A stretch of 41,184 bases of DNA from a virus (taxonomy: Duplodnaviria; Heunggongvirae; Uroviricota; Caudoviricetes). Both the position numbers and the translations under genes were made by a program. The notes under the pieces were generated by a model, which saw nothing but the letters and a program-made list of their open reading frames with translations, was not told the origin of the DNA and made no database searches. The stretch lies in the IMG/VR virus record IMGVR_UViG_3300045988_018086, positions 1-41,184 of that record; one strand, written 5' to 3'. This document shows positions 17,432-26,117 of the stretch, piece by piece. Numbering within the stretch: position 1 is the first letter of the stretch; every line of letters begins with the position of its first letter.

Positions 17432-17688
17432 TCCCCGCTCTCCTCTTTAGCAATACGTTGCTCAGTTTTAGTGATACCCCGGCGCGTGAATAACACCGGG
17501 CTTGTCTTAACGTGCGTCATCAGACGGTTGTTATAAATTACATGGCGCTCGCAGTTAACGTCTTTGCTGTACTTGGCAATCGTCATTTCGTTGATGCCGG
17601 TTTGTCGGCATGTCTCAGCCATCGTGCCGTATTCTTTAATCAGGTTTGGAATGCTGGTAATCATCCTAAGAAATTCCTCGTTGTCCAC
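17428..17688 (-). CDS. Small HTH-like DNA-binding protein (candidate regulator); start may be the ATG 8 codons in
   Basis: Segment GTMAETCRQTGINEMTIAKYSKD resembles a helix-turn-helix. Confidence 0.35.
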   Translation of the reverse strand: MDNEEFLRMITSIPNLIKEYGTMAETCRQTGINEMTIAKYSKDVNCERHVIYNNRLMTHVKTSPVLFTRRGITKTEQRIAKEESGE

Positions 17689-17833
17689 ATCGCATTCGGA
17701 TATTTGTTATCGCGGTCCTGCACTACGGCAACCATGTTACCGCGTTGCACCAGGCAAAAGTGCCGTTGTTGCTCGCCGTTGTAACGACGCCAGATTGCCT
17801 CTTCGATTGCTGCGTTGATGTCACTGAACATAT
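17663..17833 (-). CDS. Small hypothetical protein (56 aa)
   Basis: ATG with GGGGTG RBS; stop overlaps next start. Confidence 0.3.
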
Positions 17834-18016
17834 TCACCCCACTATCTCATCACCGAGCCACGCCGTTTCTCGTATATCGTCGACCACACAAGCGGCGTGC
17901 TCACGGCTAATTGCAAAAATGTAGAAGCTGAACTTCTTCCCGTCGGCGTCGATGTGGTTAACCGAGTAGGGTTTCCACAGGACACCATCAATTACTACTG
18001 GTTTAGGCGACTCCAT
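17834..18016 (-). CDS. Hypothetical protein (60 aa)
   Basis: ORF in early/middle minus operon with coupled start/stop. Confidence 0.35.
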   Translation of the reverse strand: MESPKPVVIDGVLWKPYSVNHIDADGKKFSFYIFAISREHAACVVDDIRETAWLGDEIVG

Positions 18017-18260
18017 ACGCTTTACCGCATTTTAAGCATGTGGCTCGATGCACCCCATCAACTAAATGCAGGCGGTAATCATGCTCGCAGGCGTTCATCT
18101 TTTCCTCTTCTCCTCTCAACAACATGAGAAGAACCTTAAATGCGGCTAACTGGTACTCACCGTTAATTGACAGTTGCCCGCCTAACGTCTGTTTCTCCGA
18201 CTCAAGCACCAGAATACGGCGCTCGAGCGATGCGATTGTGATTTTAGGCATTGGTGTCAC
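18003..18260 (-). CDS. Small protein with coiled-coil and C-terminal zinc-ribbon-like Cys/His cluster
   Basis: CEHD...CLKCG motif. Confidence 0.35.
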   Translation of the reverse strand: MTPMPKITIASLERRILVLESEKQTLGGQLSINGEYQLAAFKVLLMLLRGEEEKMNACEHDYRLHLVDGVHRATCLKCGKAYGVA

Positions 18261-18429
18261 CTTTGTTCAGGTTGAAGCGGTTAATCAGTTCACGGCGTGT
18301 CTCGTATAGCGACTCAACCATTTGCTCGGCTACCGCGATTTTAGTATTCAGGACGTACATCACGTGCCCTATGTCTACGCCGCCGTCAACGGCCTCTACC
18401 ATCATCTTTTCATATTCGCGGTCAGTCAT
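18244..18429 (-). CDS. Hypothetical protein (start likely ATG 18429)
   Basis: ATGA overlap with upstream small ORF. Confidence 0.35.
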   Translation of the reverse strand: MTDREYEKMMVEAVDGGVDIGHVMYVLNTKIAVAEQMVESLYETRRELINRFNLNKGDTNA

Positions 18430-18581
18430 TTCTTCTCTCCCCACATGCGATTGAGATACTTGTTCTTGTCCGGCCCATGGAAACTGTTACGTTTCATCAG
18501 TTCCTCGCGTGTCGGGAACGGAGTGTGACTTACTTTACGACCTACGCGTAACGGTTGGCTTATCTGACCTTGTTCGCTCAT
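18426..18581 (-). CDS. Small hypothetical protein (51 aa)
   Basis: AGGAGAG RBS, ATGA coupling at both ends. Confidence 0.3.
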   Translation of the reverse strand: MSEQGQISQPLRVGRKVSHTPFPTREELMKRNSFHGPDKNKYLNRMWGEKK

Positions 18582-18727
18582 TTCTTCTCTCCTGCATAAG
18601 CTGCTTTCAGTGTCTGCATCGCGGCGAACCAGAACGCGTCCGCAGGAATGCTGTTGCTCAGGTTACTAACGGCGATGCGTGCCATCAGTTGCGCATCTTT
18701 GAATGCTTCGGTATCTGTGATTTTCAT
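18578..18727 (-). CDS. Small hypothetical protein (49 aa)
   Basis: GGAG RBS, ATGA coupling with downstream ORF; first gene after promoter at ~18789. Confidence 0.3.
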   Translation of the reverse strand: MKITDTEAFKDAQLMARIAVSNLSNSIPADAFWFAAMQTLKAAYAGEKK

Positions 18728-18760
18728 CTTCTCTACTCCGTTCTCGTTGTCGATGGAGTA

Positions 18761-18789
18761 AATATAATTGGTGTGAGAGTAATAGTCAA
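18761..18789 (-). promoter_or_regulatory. Sigma70-like promoter TTGACT-N17-TATATT on minus strand
   Basis: Hexamers with 17-nt spacing, just downstream of terminator 18818..18842. Confidence 0.45.
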
Positions 18790-18817
18790 CTAGTCATTGC
18801 GGAAGATAGATAAAAAA

Positions 18818-18842
18818 ATCCCGGCTGGGTCAGGGCCGGGAT
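18818..18842 (-). terminator. Intrinsic terminator (ATCCCGGC-loop-GCCGGGAT plus T7) ending the lysis transcript
   Basis: 8-bp stem and T7 run on minus strand. Confidence 0.6.
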
Positions 18843-19053
18843 AAAACTGGAGAGCAGAGGGATGGAACAGGAGGTGATTTAAGTATCGTCGGATTAGTCT
18901 TAGGTGTCAACCTTCGCCGTAACCGACCTGCTCGTCAATATCGTCACGAGATTTAACTGGGTTGGTGAACTCTTGCAGTGCCATAACGGCCTCCATTGGC
19001 AAATACGAAAAACTTGGCCTAACCAGAATACTAAACGCCTTCGTATTCGTCCA

Positions 19054-19539
19054 TCATTTAACAGCCCTCCCAATAGCCTCAGCCTCTTGCCACGGCTTAC
19101 CTTCGAACAGCGCCAGACGCCCGGCGGTACGGCGACGCAGGCCAAGTAGTGGTTTGCCGTTCTGGTTGATGAACAGCGCCAGCTTAGCCCGCAGTGTTGC
19201 AGTATCACCAGAACGCAGTGCCTTGCCTGTGCCCGTAGTAGACGCAATCACGCCAGCACCTGCGTTATACACCAGGTCACACACCGCATCGAACTGTGCC
19301 TGTGTAAGCGAATGGTGCGCCGCGGCATCAACCGCAGCTACGGCTTTAGACATATCGCGATTCAGTAACAGGAGGCCTTGCCCCGGGGTGATGGTCTTAC
19401 CCGGGGTTACGTCCGGTCCGTAGTGCCCGTAGCCAATAGTCAGGTACTTCTCGTTCGGCGTAGCACGATACGCAGTTCCGCGGAATCCCTCAAATGCAGC
19501 GGTAAAATGCAATCCATTATCTGAAATATTTCGAGACAC
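19054..19539 (-). CDS. Endolysin, phage lysozyme (GH24, T4/P22 lysozyme-like); GTG start at 19539
   Basis: EGFRGTAY...TIGYGH motif; GGAGG RBS 8 nt before GTG; follows two holin-like genes. Confidence 0.65.
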   Translation of the reverse strand: MSRNISDNGLHFTAAFEGFRGTAYRATPNEKYLTIGYGHYGPDVTPGKTITPGQGLLLLNRDMSKAVAAVDAAAHHSLTQAQFDAVCDLVYNAGAGVIASTTGTGKALRSGDTATLRAKLALFINQNGKPLLGLRRRTAGRLALFEGKPWQEAEAIGRAVK

Positions 19540-19789
19540 GCTTATATCCTCCGTATGACAACCACGCCTGACGAATCTGGCGCAGCGCAACTAGTGTGAT
19601 TAACGTCCCGGGCAACGCAGGCGACATGCTGCCCTGTAGCAGGTGGATACACCCGGCGGCGCAGACGATAGCGGTCAGGATATAGAGCACCCTACCAAAT
19701 AGCCCGTCGTCAACGCTGGGGTGATATACATTAAACAGCGATGTGCCCCCGATTGCCAGCATACCGCCGAACCAGAATAGCTCATTCAT
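19517..19789 (-). CDS. Holin-like membrane protein (second of pair; holin or antiholin)
   Basis: Two or three hydrophobic helices, charged C-terminus, directly upstream of endolysin. Confidence 0.45.
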   Translation of the reverse strand: MNELFWFGGMLAIGGTSLFNVYHPSVDDGLFGRVLYILTAIVCAAGCIHLLQGSMSPALPGTLITLVALRQIRQAWLSYGGYKRVSKYFR

Positions 19790-20090
19790 CCGGGCCTCCT
19801 CGACGTGAGATGTATTCTCCGGCGACGATACCAGAGAGACGGGAATAGATAGGCATCCAGAGAATGGCGATGATGAATCCGAGGCCAGCTATCTCGCGCT
19901 CGCCGGTAATACCGAACCATTGGGCAGCGAGAGGTGCACCAAATACGGCGCAGGTGAAGCCGGTTGCGATAAAGCAGAAGCCGTCGATAGGGCCGGAAAT
20001 AACGGACTTATGTTGTCGTAGTCCGATAACCCCTCCGGCTAGTGCGGCAGCGAGAAGCCACCCCGTCACTGTTTCAGTAAATTTATCCAA
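19782..20090 (-). CDS. Holin-like membrane protein
   Basis: Three hydrophobic segments, ~100 aa, start of lysis cassette. Confidence 0.45.
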   Translation of the reverse strand: MDKFTETVTGWLLAAALAGGVIGLRQHKSVISGPIDGFCFIATGFTCAVFGAPLAAQWFGITGEREIAGLGFIIAILWMPIYSRLSGIVAGEYISRRGGPDE

Positions 20091-20296
20091 GATGAATCCT
20101 CCAGGTGCGTATTAAGTATGCAGTAACTGGAGGATAGCACGGTTAGGAATTATCTTAATAACGGTTTATTTATGTCTCCAGATGTATTGTCGTCTCTGTG
20201 GTTTCGTCGGAATATCATCGTATCCAAGCGATTTCCAGTAATTAAATAACCGATTAGCTATAGCTGCACGTTCCTTTGTTTTGAACTCACCGAGAT

Positions 20297-20458
20297 TCAC
20301 GGCCTTCCCGTTCTGGAAGCCACAGGCGCGGATAGCTTTGCGTCGGGCCTGAATCTCTGGGTACAGCGCGTTACGGCGGCGCTTGTATATTCGGACGGTT
20401 GCTCTCGGTGACAGCGGCGCAAGGCCGCTTCGTTTAGGATGTCAGTTGCGAGGCTCAT
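20297..20458 (-). CDS. Small hypothetical protein (53 aa; start at internal ATG, ATGA-coupled)
   Basis: ATG overlaps stop of 20455..20643. Confidence 0.25.
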   Translation of the reverse strand: MSLATDILNEAALRRCHREQPSEYTSAAVTRCTQRFRPDAKLSAPVASRTGRP

Positions 20459-20643
20459 ATGTCGAGAATCTCGCAGGCCATTTCTTCGGTAACTTTCGAA
20501 CAAGGTGCGTACAATACCTGGTCGGCGAAGTTACGCAGTTTGCGTTCCAGTTCCGCGTAATCTTCGTAACTTACATACTCCCCATTTACTTTACTATCGA
20601 AATGACCATCTTCATAAAAGCCTTTGCGAATAACCATAATCAC
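20455..20643 (-). CDS. Hypothetical acidic protein
   Basis: ORF in early minus operon, coupled to neighbours. Confidence 0.35.
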   Translation of the reverse strand: MIMVIRKGFYEDGHFDSKVNGEYVSYEDYAELERKLRNFADQVLYAPCSKVTEEMACEILDI

Positions 20644-20861
20644 TTCTCCTGTTTACCAAGTCGCTTAGGTGAGCAGATAGCGCGTACCTCTGAATCGATG
20701 GGCTTGTCACCCTGAAACAGGAAGTGTGCGTTCTCTGCGGCGCGTGCCGCGGACTGGCACGCCTCCGTCGAATAAAACGTTTCCGATGCCGCTAGTTGCA
20801 TCTGGCCCGCCGACAGTACCCAGATAAATAAGATGCTGGTCATCAGAAGTATTCCCCGCAC
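20640..20861 (-). CDS. Small secreted/periplasmic protein with predicted signal peptide
   Basis: N-terminal hydrophobic signal-like segment LLMTSILFIWVLSA followed by ~50-aa Cys-containing domain. Confidence 0.4.
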   Translation of the reverse strand: MRGILLMTSILFIWVLSAGQMQLAASETFYSTEACQSAARAAENAHFLFQGDKPIDSEVRAICSPKRLGKQEK

Positions 20862-21388
20862 GTTTTACATACTTTCGTACCGAACGGCGCGGAGCCATCT
20901 GTTATTACATAATAGAAACTGTGTTTGCACTCCCGTGTACAGGCTGTTGGCCCATACTCAAGTCCGTCCCACTCACGCTTGCCGCATTCGCAGCAAAACC
21001 GGCTACCGGGCACGTTGTCCTTGTGGCCTTCGGCAATAAACAATCCTGGAGCGATAATCCAATTGTGGTCACATTCCTGCGTATCTTCTTTTCGGCAACC
21101 AGATTGCTCCGAACCGTACGCACCTTTGCGGATAAGTTTGTAGGCCTCCACGTCACCAGTAGCCTCGACCAATGCCAGATGCAACTCCTTAACTTGCCCT
21201 GTCAGGTGCGATATGTGCTCAGATTTCTTAATGTTGTCTTCCCGCAACTCCTTAATCTGCGCCGACGCATCACGTAACTGATTCTTAAGTGACTGCACCT
21301 CATGCGCCAGGTCTTCGCTCCGGCTGTTATTTACCTGCTGCCGTAGCTGGTCGATCAGGTACTCGAATATTTCGTTTTTGTTACTCAT
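20843..21388 (-). CDS. Coiled-coil protein with C-terminal Cys-rich zinc-binding-like domain (start likely ATG 21388)
   Basis: Heptad-rich N-terminus; multiple CxxC pairs at C-terminus. Confidence 0.4.
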   Translation of the reverse strand: MSNKNEIFEYLIDQLRQQVNNSRSEDLAHEVQSLKNQLRDASAQIKELREDNIKKSEHISHLTGQVKELHLALVEATGDVEAYKLIRKGAYGSEQSGCRKEDTQECDHNWIIAPGLFIAEGHKDNVPGSRFCCECGKREWDGLEYGPTACTRECKHSFYYVITDGSAPFGTKVCKTCGEYF

Positions 21389-21518
21389 CAGCTTCACCCC
21401 TTTTCGCATCCACCCCGACTAGCAGCGATTTAGTGTCGCCGTCACACACCGAAGTGCTACTAATTATTTCGTAAGCGTCTACCAGTTCGCCTAAAGTCCA
21501 GCTACCGTACCAGCCCAT
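21381..21518 (-). CDS. Small hypothetical protein (45 aa)
   Basis: Strong RBS GAGAGGAGAG; first ORF after promoter at ~21577. Confidence 0.3.
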   Translation of the reverse strand: MGWYGSWTLGELVDAYEIISSTSVCDGDTKSLLVGVDAKRGEADE

Positions 21519-21548
21519 CTCTGTCTCTCCTCTCGCTTGTGTAAATGA

Positions 21549-21577
21549 ATAGTAGCCTATTCTATCTTAGTGTGCAA
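21549..21577 (-). promoter_or_regulatory. Promoter TTGCAC-N17-TACTAT with AATAG-N4-CTATT operator (minus strand)
   Basis: Same architecture as the promoters at 2793, 13157 and 22843. Confidence 0.45.
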
Positions 21578-21584
21578 GTAAATT

Positions 21585-21758
21585 TTATTGGTGTGTTATG
21601 GAGTCGATGAATGCCAGTAACTCCCTTTCCGCTTCTGCCTCTCTTTCTTCAAGCGACCAGGTAGCGGATTCCTCTGTCGCCGTTGCTAAATCGGTTTTCG
21701 CATCAACCATCGTGTCGATTAACGTGATTAGTCGTTCAGCCTGTTCTTTAGTAATCAT
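21585..21758 (-). CDS. Small hypothetical protein (57 aa)
   Basis: AGGAG RBS 9 nt upstream of ATG; the overlapping + strand track ORF 21598..21819 is low-complexity antisense. Confidence 0.3.
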   Translation of the reverse strand: MITKEQAERLITLIDTMVDAKTDLATATEESATWSLEEREAEAERELLAFIDSITHQ

Positions 21759-21892
21759 TGTTGCATCTCCTGCAATAGTCGCTTCGATTGTTGCGTTTGA
21801 TGAAAGTGTCGCCTTTTGACGACACTAAGTTAAAGTTGTACGCTGCTGTGTAGCAGCGTAAGTCACTCAGTAAAATCCCAAACTATTGAACA

Positions 21893-22093
21893 TCACACTT
21901 CTGGCGGCTCGGGTAACGGCATCCAGTGCGTCACGTACTTATCGTAGTGATTCCAGAAAGGCTTTCTCCCGTCATCAGGAACTATGTAATAATCGTGCTG
22001 AACTGCGTTATTTAACGTTTCATACACCAGGAACTCTTTATCCGTATACCCATTACCCGGCAGCATCTCACTACACTTAATCCACTCACCCAT
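21893..22093 (-). CDS. Small phage protein with C-terminal W..WMPLPEPP motif (DUF551-like)
   Basis: Motif recognition only. Confidence 0.4.
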   Translation of the reverse strand: MGEWIKCSEMLPGNGYTDKEFLVYETLNNAVQHDYYIVPDDGRKPFWNHYDKYVTHWMPLPEPPEV

Positions 22094-22243
22094 ACCTCAC
22101 ACCTCTTTCAATCAAGGATTGCACACCAGCTTTCCACGCCCGCCACGCGAGACGCGTCTTAACGTTCAGGTACTCTTTCTTTGAACCCTTGTTAACCGGC
22201 AGACCCTCGACCACAGCCCACCGTTCAAATGCTTCTCTCATAC
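22094..22243 (-). CDS. Small hypothetical protein (about 50 aa)
   Basis: ORF with overlapping stop/start to 21893..22093; not in track. Confidence 0.25.
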
Positions 22244-22426
22244 CAGAACCTCACATTCATCCCGATACACGAACAATAACGACCCTTTGTACTCAATCAT
22301 AAAACCATAATGGTTGATGCTGAACGCCGGAAAAACATCACCTACCGAGATTCCGAAATCTATAAGCCTGCGGTCAGTTATACGGACAAGCCTGCGGTCA
22401 GTTATACGGATTCGCATTAACGGCAA
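22238..22426 (-). CDS. Hypothetical protein containing an in-frame 24-bp tandem duplication
   Basis: Duplicated octapeptide RITDRRL(V/I) from tandem repeat at ~22364..22411. Confidence 0.35.
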   Translation of the reverse strand: MPLMRIRITDRRLVRITDRRLIDFGISVGDVFPAFSINHYGFMIEYKGSLLFVYRDECEVLV

Positions 22427-22617
22427 CCTCCCTCAGAGTCGTCGGCACAAGCATCACGATTCGATGCCGTTTTGATTGCCTGTAAGCTATTTAGCATTTG
22501 CTGGCTATCCATCGTAATAATTGTAATCCCGTCCGATAAATGCACCTCGTAGCGTTCAGCTACGAAATATATTTCCTCGAAATCATGATGTTTCAGTTCT
22601 TCAAATAATTCTTCCAT
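22417..22617 (-). CDS. Hypothetical acidic protein (ATG at 22617; track start 22620 is GTG)
   Basis: ORF in early operon. Confidence 0.35.
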   Translation of the reverse strand: MEELFEELKHHDFEEIYFVAERYEVHLSDGITIITMDSQQMLNSLQAIKTASNRDACADDSEGGCR

Positions 22618-22808
22618 CACTTCGCCCCTTTGAATTTAAAATTGTTGCCAATGAGTTTTAAGTTCTCCTCTTCTACGTATATTTGTGAATTTACCCCTCT
22701 CACCTTTTGCACGGTCACTACGTACTCTCCGGGAAATAAATTAGATTTTAATTCAATTATGCCGTGTTCACCGTCGGCGCATTTAACCAACTGACCATTC
22801 TTAAACAT
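22617..22808 (-). CDS. Hypothetical protein, first gene of minus early operon (ATG 22808; track start 22817 is GTG)
   Basis: AGGAG 8 nt upstream of ATG 22808; promoter immediately upstream. Confidence 0.4.
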   Translation of the reverse strand: MFKNGQLVKCADGEHGIIELKSNLFPGEYVVTVQKVRGVNSQIYVEEENLKLIGNNFKFKGAK

Positions 22809-22842
22809 AACCCTCACTCCTCTGTCTCGTCCCGATAAGTGA

Positions 22843-22871
22843 ATAGTATCCTATTATGTTGGGGCGTGCAA
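22843..22871 (-). promoter_or_regulatory. Early promoter TTGCAC-N17-TACTAT with AATAG-N4-CTATT operator (minus strand)
   Basis: Hexamers, spacing and operator shared with 2793, 13157 and 21549 promoters. Confidence 0.5.
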
Positions 22872-23040
22872 GAGATTAGTTACGTTGCCGTTGTGATTCT
22901 TTCGTTTCTTAAAGGAGTACGCAACGCAGTGGGTGGGCGTTAGCCCACCCCAGCGGAGTGAAGTACTCTCTACCTCACTCACTCACGGCAACTATAGAAA
23001 CTTTTAATTATCAGTGACTTGGGTATTTAGGCGGGATTAA

Positions 23041-23190
23041 CAATAGACTTTGGCCCTTCCGAAAGCGCCAGCGGAACTACACTCAAGTGCCTAATGGCAC
23101 GCGTTGCGTTCCCTGCCGCTCCGCGGTCGCTTGCGATATCTCACAAGCTCAGTGAAGCTTAGCATATTTTTAAGTAAAAGTCAATACTAG
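23041..23190 (-). promoter_or_regulatory. Copy B of the ~145-bp conserved element: promoter TTGACT-N17-TGcTAAGCT (approx 23184 to 23156, minus strand) plus conserved leader
   Basis: Homologous to 11376..11525 with identical promoter hexamers. Confidence 0.5.
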
Positions 23191-23231
23191 TAGCATCTTT
23201 TGTATCTTAGTAACTTTGTGTGGTGTTTTGG

Positions 23232-23260
23232 TTGCTTTTACAAAGTTACCGCCTTATACT
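23232..23260 (+). promoter_or_regulatory. Plus-strand early promoter TTGCTT-N17-TATACT
   Basis: Hexamers 30 nt upstream of ATG 23290 with AGGAG RBS between. Confidence 0.45.
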
Positions 23261-23289
23261 TCGGTACATCTTACATAGGAGAACGTGAA

Positions 23290-23460
23290 ATGACTATCAA
23301 TGAAGTAGCTGAACGTATTGGGGTGACACGTCAGACAATTAATAACTGGATTAAGAGTGGAAAGTTTCCTGATTGCAGCGTTAAAGTAATGGGTCGCCGG
23401 ATGCCGGGGACATTTGACCGTAATAAAGTTGAAGCGTGGATTAAGGAGAATGTGAAATGA
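23290..23460 (+). CDS. AlpA/MerR-like HTH DNA-binding protein (start at internal ATG; track start 23200 is an alternative start codon)
   Basis: INEVAERIGVTRQTINNWIKSG helix-turn-helix; AGGAG RBS. Confidence 0.5.
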   Translation: MTINEVAERIGVTRQTINNWIKSGKFPDCSVKVMGRRMPGTFDRNKVEAWIKENVK

Positions 23461-23747
23461 AAGGTGTAATTTTCCACGATAAAGAAAATGACAGTGCTTA
23501 TATGGTTTATTTAGTGCAAGGCGAGTACGCGTTATGCTTTAACGTTTCTTGTAAACTGGACTCTTATTCACCGTTTTGCGTTACAGAAGAATTGCAGTTG
23601 ATTAGTCTCCGAAGACTCAGCACAATGTCGGCTTCCATCGATGTCTCTGACCACTTAGCGTACGTTTGTCAGTATTTCGGTGATGAGATTGTTGTAGATT
23701 ATTATCGTAAGTACGCGCATTTGATGGAATGTCTGGCTAATAGATAA
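23457..23747 (+). CDS. Hypothetical protein
   Basis: ORF with ATGA overlap to upstream gene. Confidence 0.4.
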   Translation: MKGVIFHDKENDSAYMVYLVQGEYALCFNVSCKLDSYSPFCVTEELQLISLRRLSTMSASIDVSDHLAYVCQYFGDEIVVDYYRKYAHLMECLANR

Positions 23748-23804
23748 AAGAAAGCCCCAGCGTTAGAGCGCCGAGGCCAAATTACTTGCTGAAGGAAATA
23801 TAAC

Positions 23805-26090
23805 ATGTCCGATGTAATTTTATCCTACTCGTGGTCGCGTCGCAACGCGCGGGCTGAGAAAAAGGATATAAACGTCAGAACCACACACACGGCAACACTG
23901 GACGACCTGAAAGAGTTAATCCAGCCACTCGATGCTGTCCGTGACGGAATTAACCCGAAGACCGCGCCCGGTTATATCACCGCCGCGTGCGACTCGACGC
24001 ACAGCACTGTAAAAGACCCGGAAACCGGCGACTTTAAGCAAGCGCGTAAAGGCTTTTTCTATCGCTGTGACGCGTCTGTAAGCAAATCGTCGCTGGCGTA
24101 TCTGGACTTCGACAGCGCAACACCAGAAGAGTATCAGGAAGCGGTGCGCTTAGTTAAACGCAGCCGCCGGGGCATGTGTATCTATACCACGGCATCACAT
24201 ACCGACGAGTCCCCGCGCTTTCGCGTCGTCATGCCGCTGGCCCGTCCGGTTGAAGGTGGTGACATTATCCGTGTTCGTCACGGCTTGCTCGAGCACTTCT
24301 TCAAAGGCATGGGTGCTGACCGCAGCGGGTTCACTCTGTCACAGCCGATGTATCTGCCGCCGGTTGGCGCTACTGTTATCTGGTCGCGTCGCAACGACCT
24401 GATTGACCCGGACGAGTTACTGGAAGGCATCCCCGCCGTTGACGTTAGCAGCGCATCGGATTACCAGATACCGAAAGAACTGCGAACAGCGTTTACCGAT
24501 GCGTTTGAAGCACTGGCGTTCGAGTACGGCGGTATTATGACCCCGCGCGGCCTTAAGATGCCCGCTACGCCGGAACACGCCGAGAACTACAGCGACCCGA
24601 CACCGCGCCCGGATGACTTCCTGCTGTGCTTCCCGCGCGAGGGATATGAAGCGCCTAACGTAACCATGATTCACGACACCGACATTACGGCGACCGAGGG
24701 CATGTCATCGAAAGAGGTGTGGAAGTATGCGTGCGATGCAACCGGGCTGCCGTTCAGTGAAGTCGCAGAGGCCATCGGTTGGGGTGCACGTGAATCTGTT
24801 TCTTGCAGCCTGGACGACCTTGAAGACGACGAGGACTCAGAGGAGGACGAGTTACCGGAACCGGTAAAGGCTGATTTCGTCGTTGAAGGGTACATGCCGT
24901 CGGATTGCATATGGGATATCGTCGGGGAGTCCGGTACGTATAAATCCTTCTATACGCTGGGGATGATGTACCTGAGCGCCGCCGGATACCGGTTTGCGGG
25001 TGCTGACACCCAGCGTTGCCACCATTTCTATATCGACGGTGAAGGCGGCGCAGCTACCCGCACCCGTATCGATGCGCTCGCGGCTAAATATGGCGAGGAA
25101 GGTAAAGATTATGTACATGTTATAGACATGGGTGAAATACTCGGTATGCGAGAGGATAAAAAACTTACAGCACTCATCCGTATGATGCGTGAAACAGCAG
25201 GAGAGGAACCGATCGGTATGATTGCGTTCGATACCCTCAACCAGACGCTGGCCCTGACGATTGATAAGTTTGATGAGAACAGTTCATCAACTGCAATCGG
25301 CATGGGTAAAGTCATCGCTATCCTTAAAAAAGTGCGTGACGCGACTAAAGCTGCGGTAGGCGTTGTACACCATACACCGAAGGGCGGAAAGAAAGCCCGA
25401 GGTAGTGGTGCGCTGTACGCTGGCGTCGATGTGGAGCTGACAATCGAACGCGCGACAGACCGTCAGATAAATGTATACCACTCTAAATTTAAGCATGGGC
25501 CGCAACAGAAGACGGTTGGTATGGTGCTTGAGTCGGTACAGTTCCGCGAAGCCCCGCCACCGAAAGAATACCGCGCGGTTGAGTTCCTCGGTAGCACGGA
25601 GGAATACGGCACAATCGTAAACCTCGACCTGCCTGAGCCGCACAAAGCGCTTGTGCTTATGCCGTGGGGCTTCGAACCGTTCAAGACCGACGAGGAGAAA
25701 GAGCGGGAAGAAGGACTGACTAAGGAAGGTAAAGAAAACGTACGTAGAACCATGGAGAACGCCGTCAACAGTTCGGAAGCCACGATACTGGCGGCGTTTG
25801 AACTGGCGGAAGGAACCTACAACGGCAACGAAGGTATCACGGTAGCCGCGGCAAATAAGCTCGCACAGTCTGACCCCAACGCGAAGGCGTTCAACTCCAA
25901 AGAAGTCATAGAACGCGGAAAGATTAAGAAAATGGTTGAGGCGGGGTATCTTGTACCTGGTACGGACGAAAACAATCAGATAATCCCGGGCCGTTACAGA
26001 TTGAATACCCGAATAACGGACAACAAGATTCCGAAGACAATATACGAACCGAATGAAATGCTGACAGTGACAGAGGGGGATTTGGAATAG
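23805..26090 (+). CDS. Bifunctional primase-helicase: N-terminal archaeo-eukaryotic-type primase (Prim-Pol) fused to RecA-like (AAA_25/DnaB-like) ATPase
   Basis: AEP motifs LDFD (DxD) and TASHTD (sxH); Walker A GESGTYKS, Walker B-like MIAFD, HHTPKGG. Confidence 0.7.
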   Translation: MSDVILSYSWSRRNARAEKKDINVRTTHTATLDDLKELIQPLDAVRDGINPKTAPGYITAACDSTHSTVKDPETGDFKQARKGFFYRCDASVSKSSLAYLDFDSATPEEYQEAVRLVKRSRRGMCIYTTASHTDESPRFRVVMPLARPVEGGDIIRVRHGLLEHFFKGMGADRSGFTLSQPMYLPPVGATVIWSRRNDLIDPDELLEGIPAVDVSSASDYQIPKELRTAFTDAFEALAFEYGGIMTPRGLKMPATPEHAENYSDPTPRPDDFLLCFPREGYEAPNVTMIHDTDITATEGMSSKEVWKYACDATGLPFSEVAEAIGWGARESVSCSLDDLEDDEDSEEDELPEPVKADFVVEGYMPSDCIWDIVGESGTYKSFYTLGMMYLSAAGYRFAGADTQRCHHFYIDGEGGAATRTRIDALAAKYGEEGKDYVHVIDMGEILGMREDKKLTALIRMMRETAGEEPIGMIAFDTLNQTLALTIDKFDENSSSTAIGMGKVIAILKKVRDATKAAVGVVHHTPKGGKKARGSGALYAGVDVELTIERATDRQINVYHSKFKHGPQQKTVGMVLESVQFREAPPPKEYRAVEFLGSTEEYGTIVNLDLPEPHKALVLMPWGFEPFKTDEEKEREEGLTKEGKENVRRTMENAVNSSEATILAAFELAEGTYNGNEGITVAAANKLAQSDPNAKAFNSKEVIERGKIKKMVEAGYLVPGTDENNQIIPGRYRLNTRITDNKIPKTIYEPNEMLTVTEGDLE

Positions 26091-26099
26091 GTAAAAATA

Positions 26100-26117
26100 A
26101 AGGGGCGTTAAGCCCCT
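26100..26117 (-). terminator. Terminator hairpin (AAGGGGC-GTTA-GCCCCTT) with U-run on minus strand
   Basis: Stem plus TTTATTTTT on minus strand at the 3' end of the HTH gene. Confidence 0.45.

Noticed and set aside
18509-18793. Plus-strand 94-aa ORF
   Set aside because: Antisense to the chain of coupled minus-strand small genes that have good RBSs.
18900-19247. Minus-strand 115-aa ORF
   Set aside because: Overlaps the endolysin gene in another frame; Arg/Cys/Leu-rich out-of-frame artefact.
21598-21819. Plus-strand 73-aa Ser/Ala-rich ORF
   Set aside because: Low complexity; the opposite strand carries a better small gene (21585..21758) with an AGGAG RBS.
22925-22946. GC-rich hairpin GGGTGGGC-GTTA-GCCCACCC considered as an intrinsic terminator
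   Set aside because: No U-run on either strand; more likely an RNA structural or processing element in the leader, so not called a terminator.
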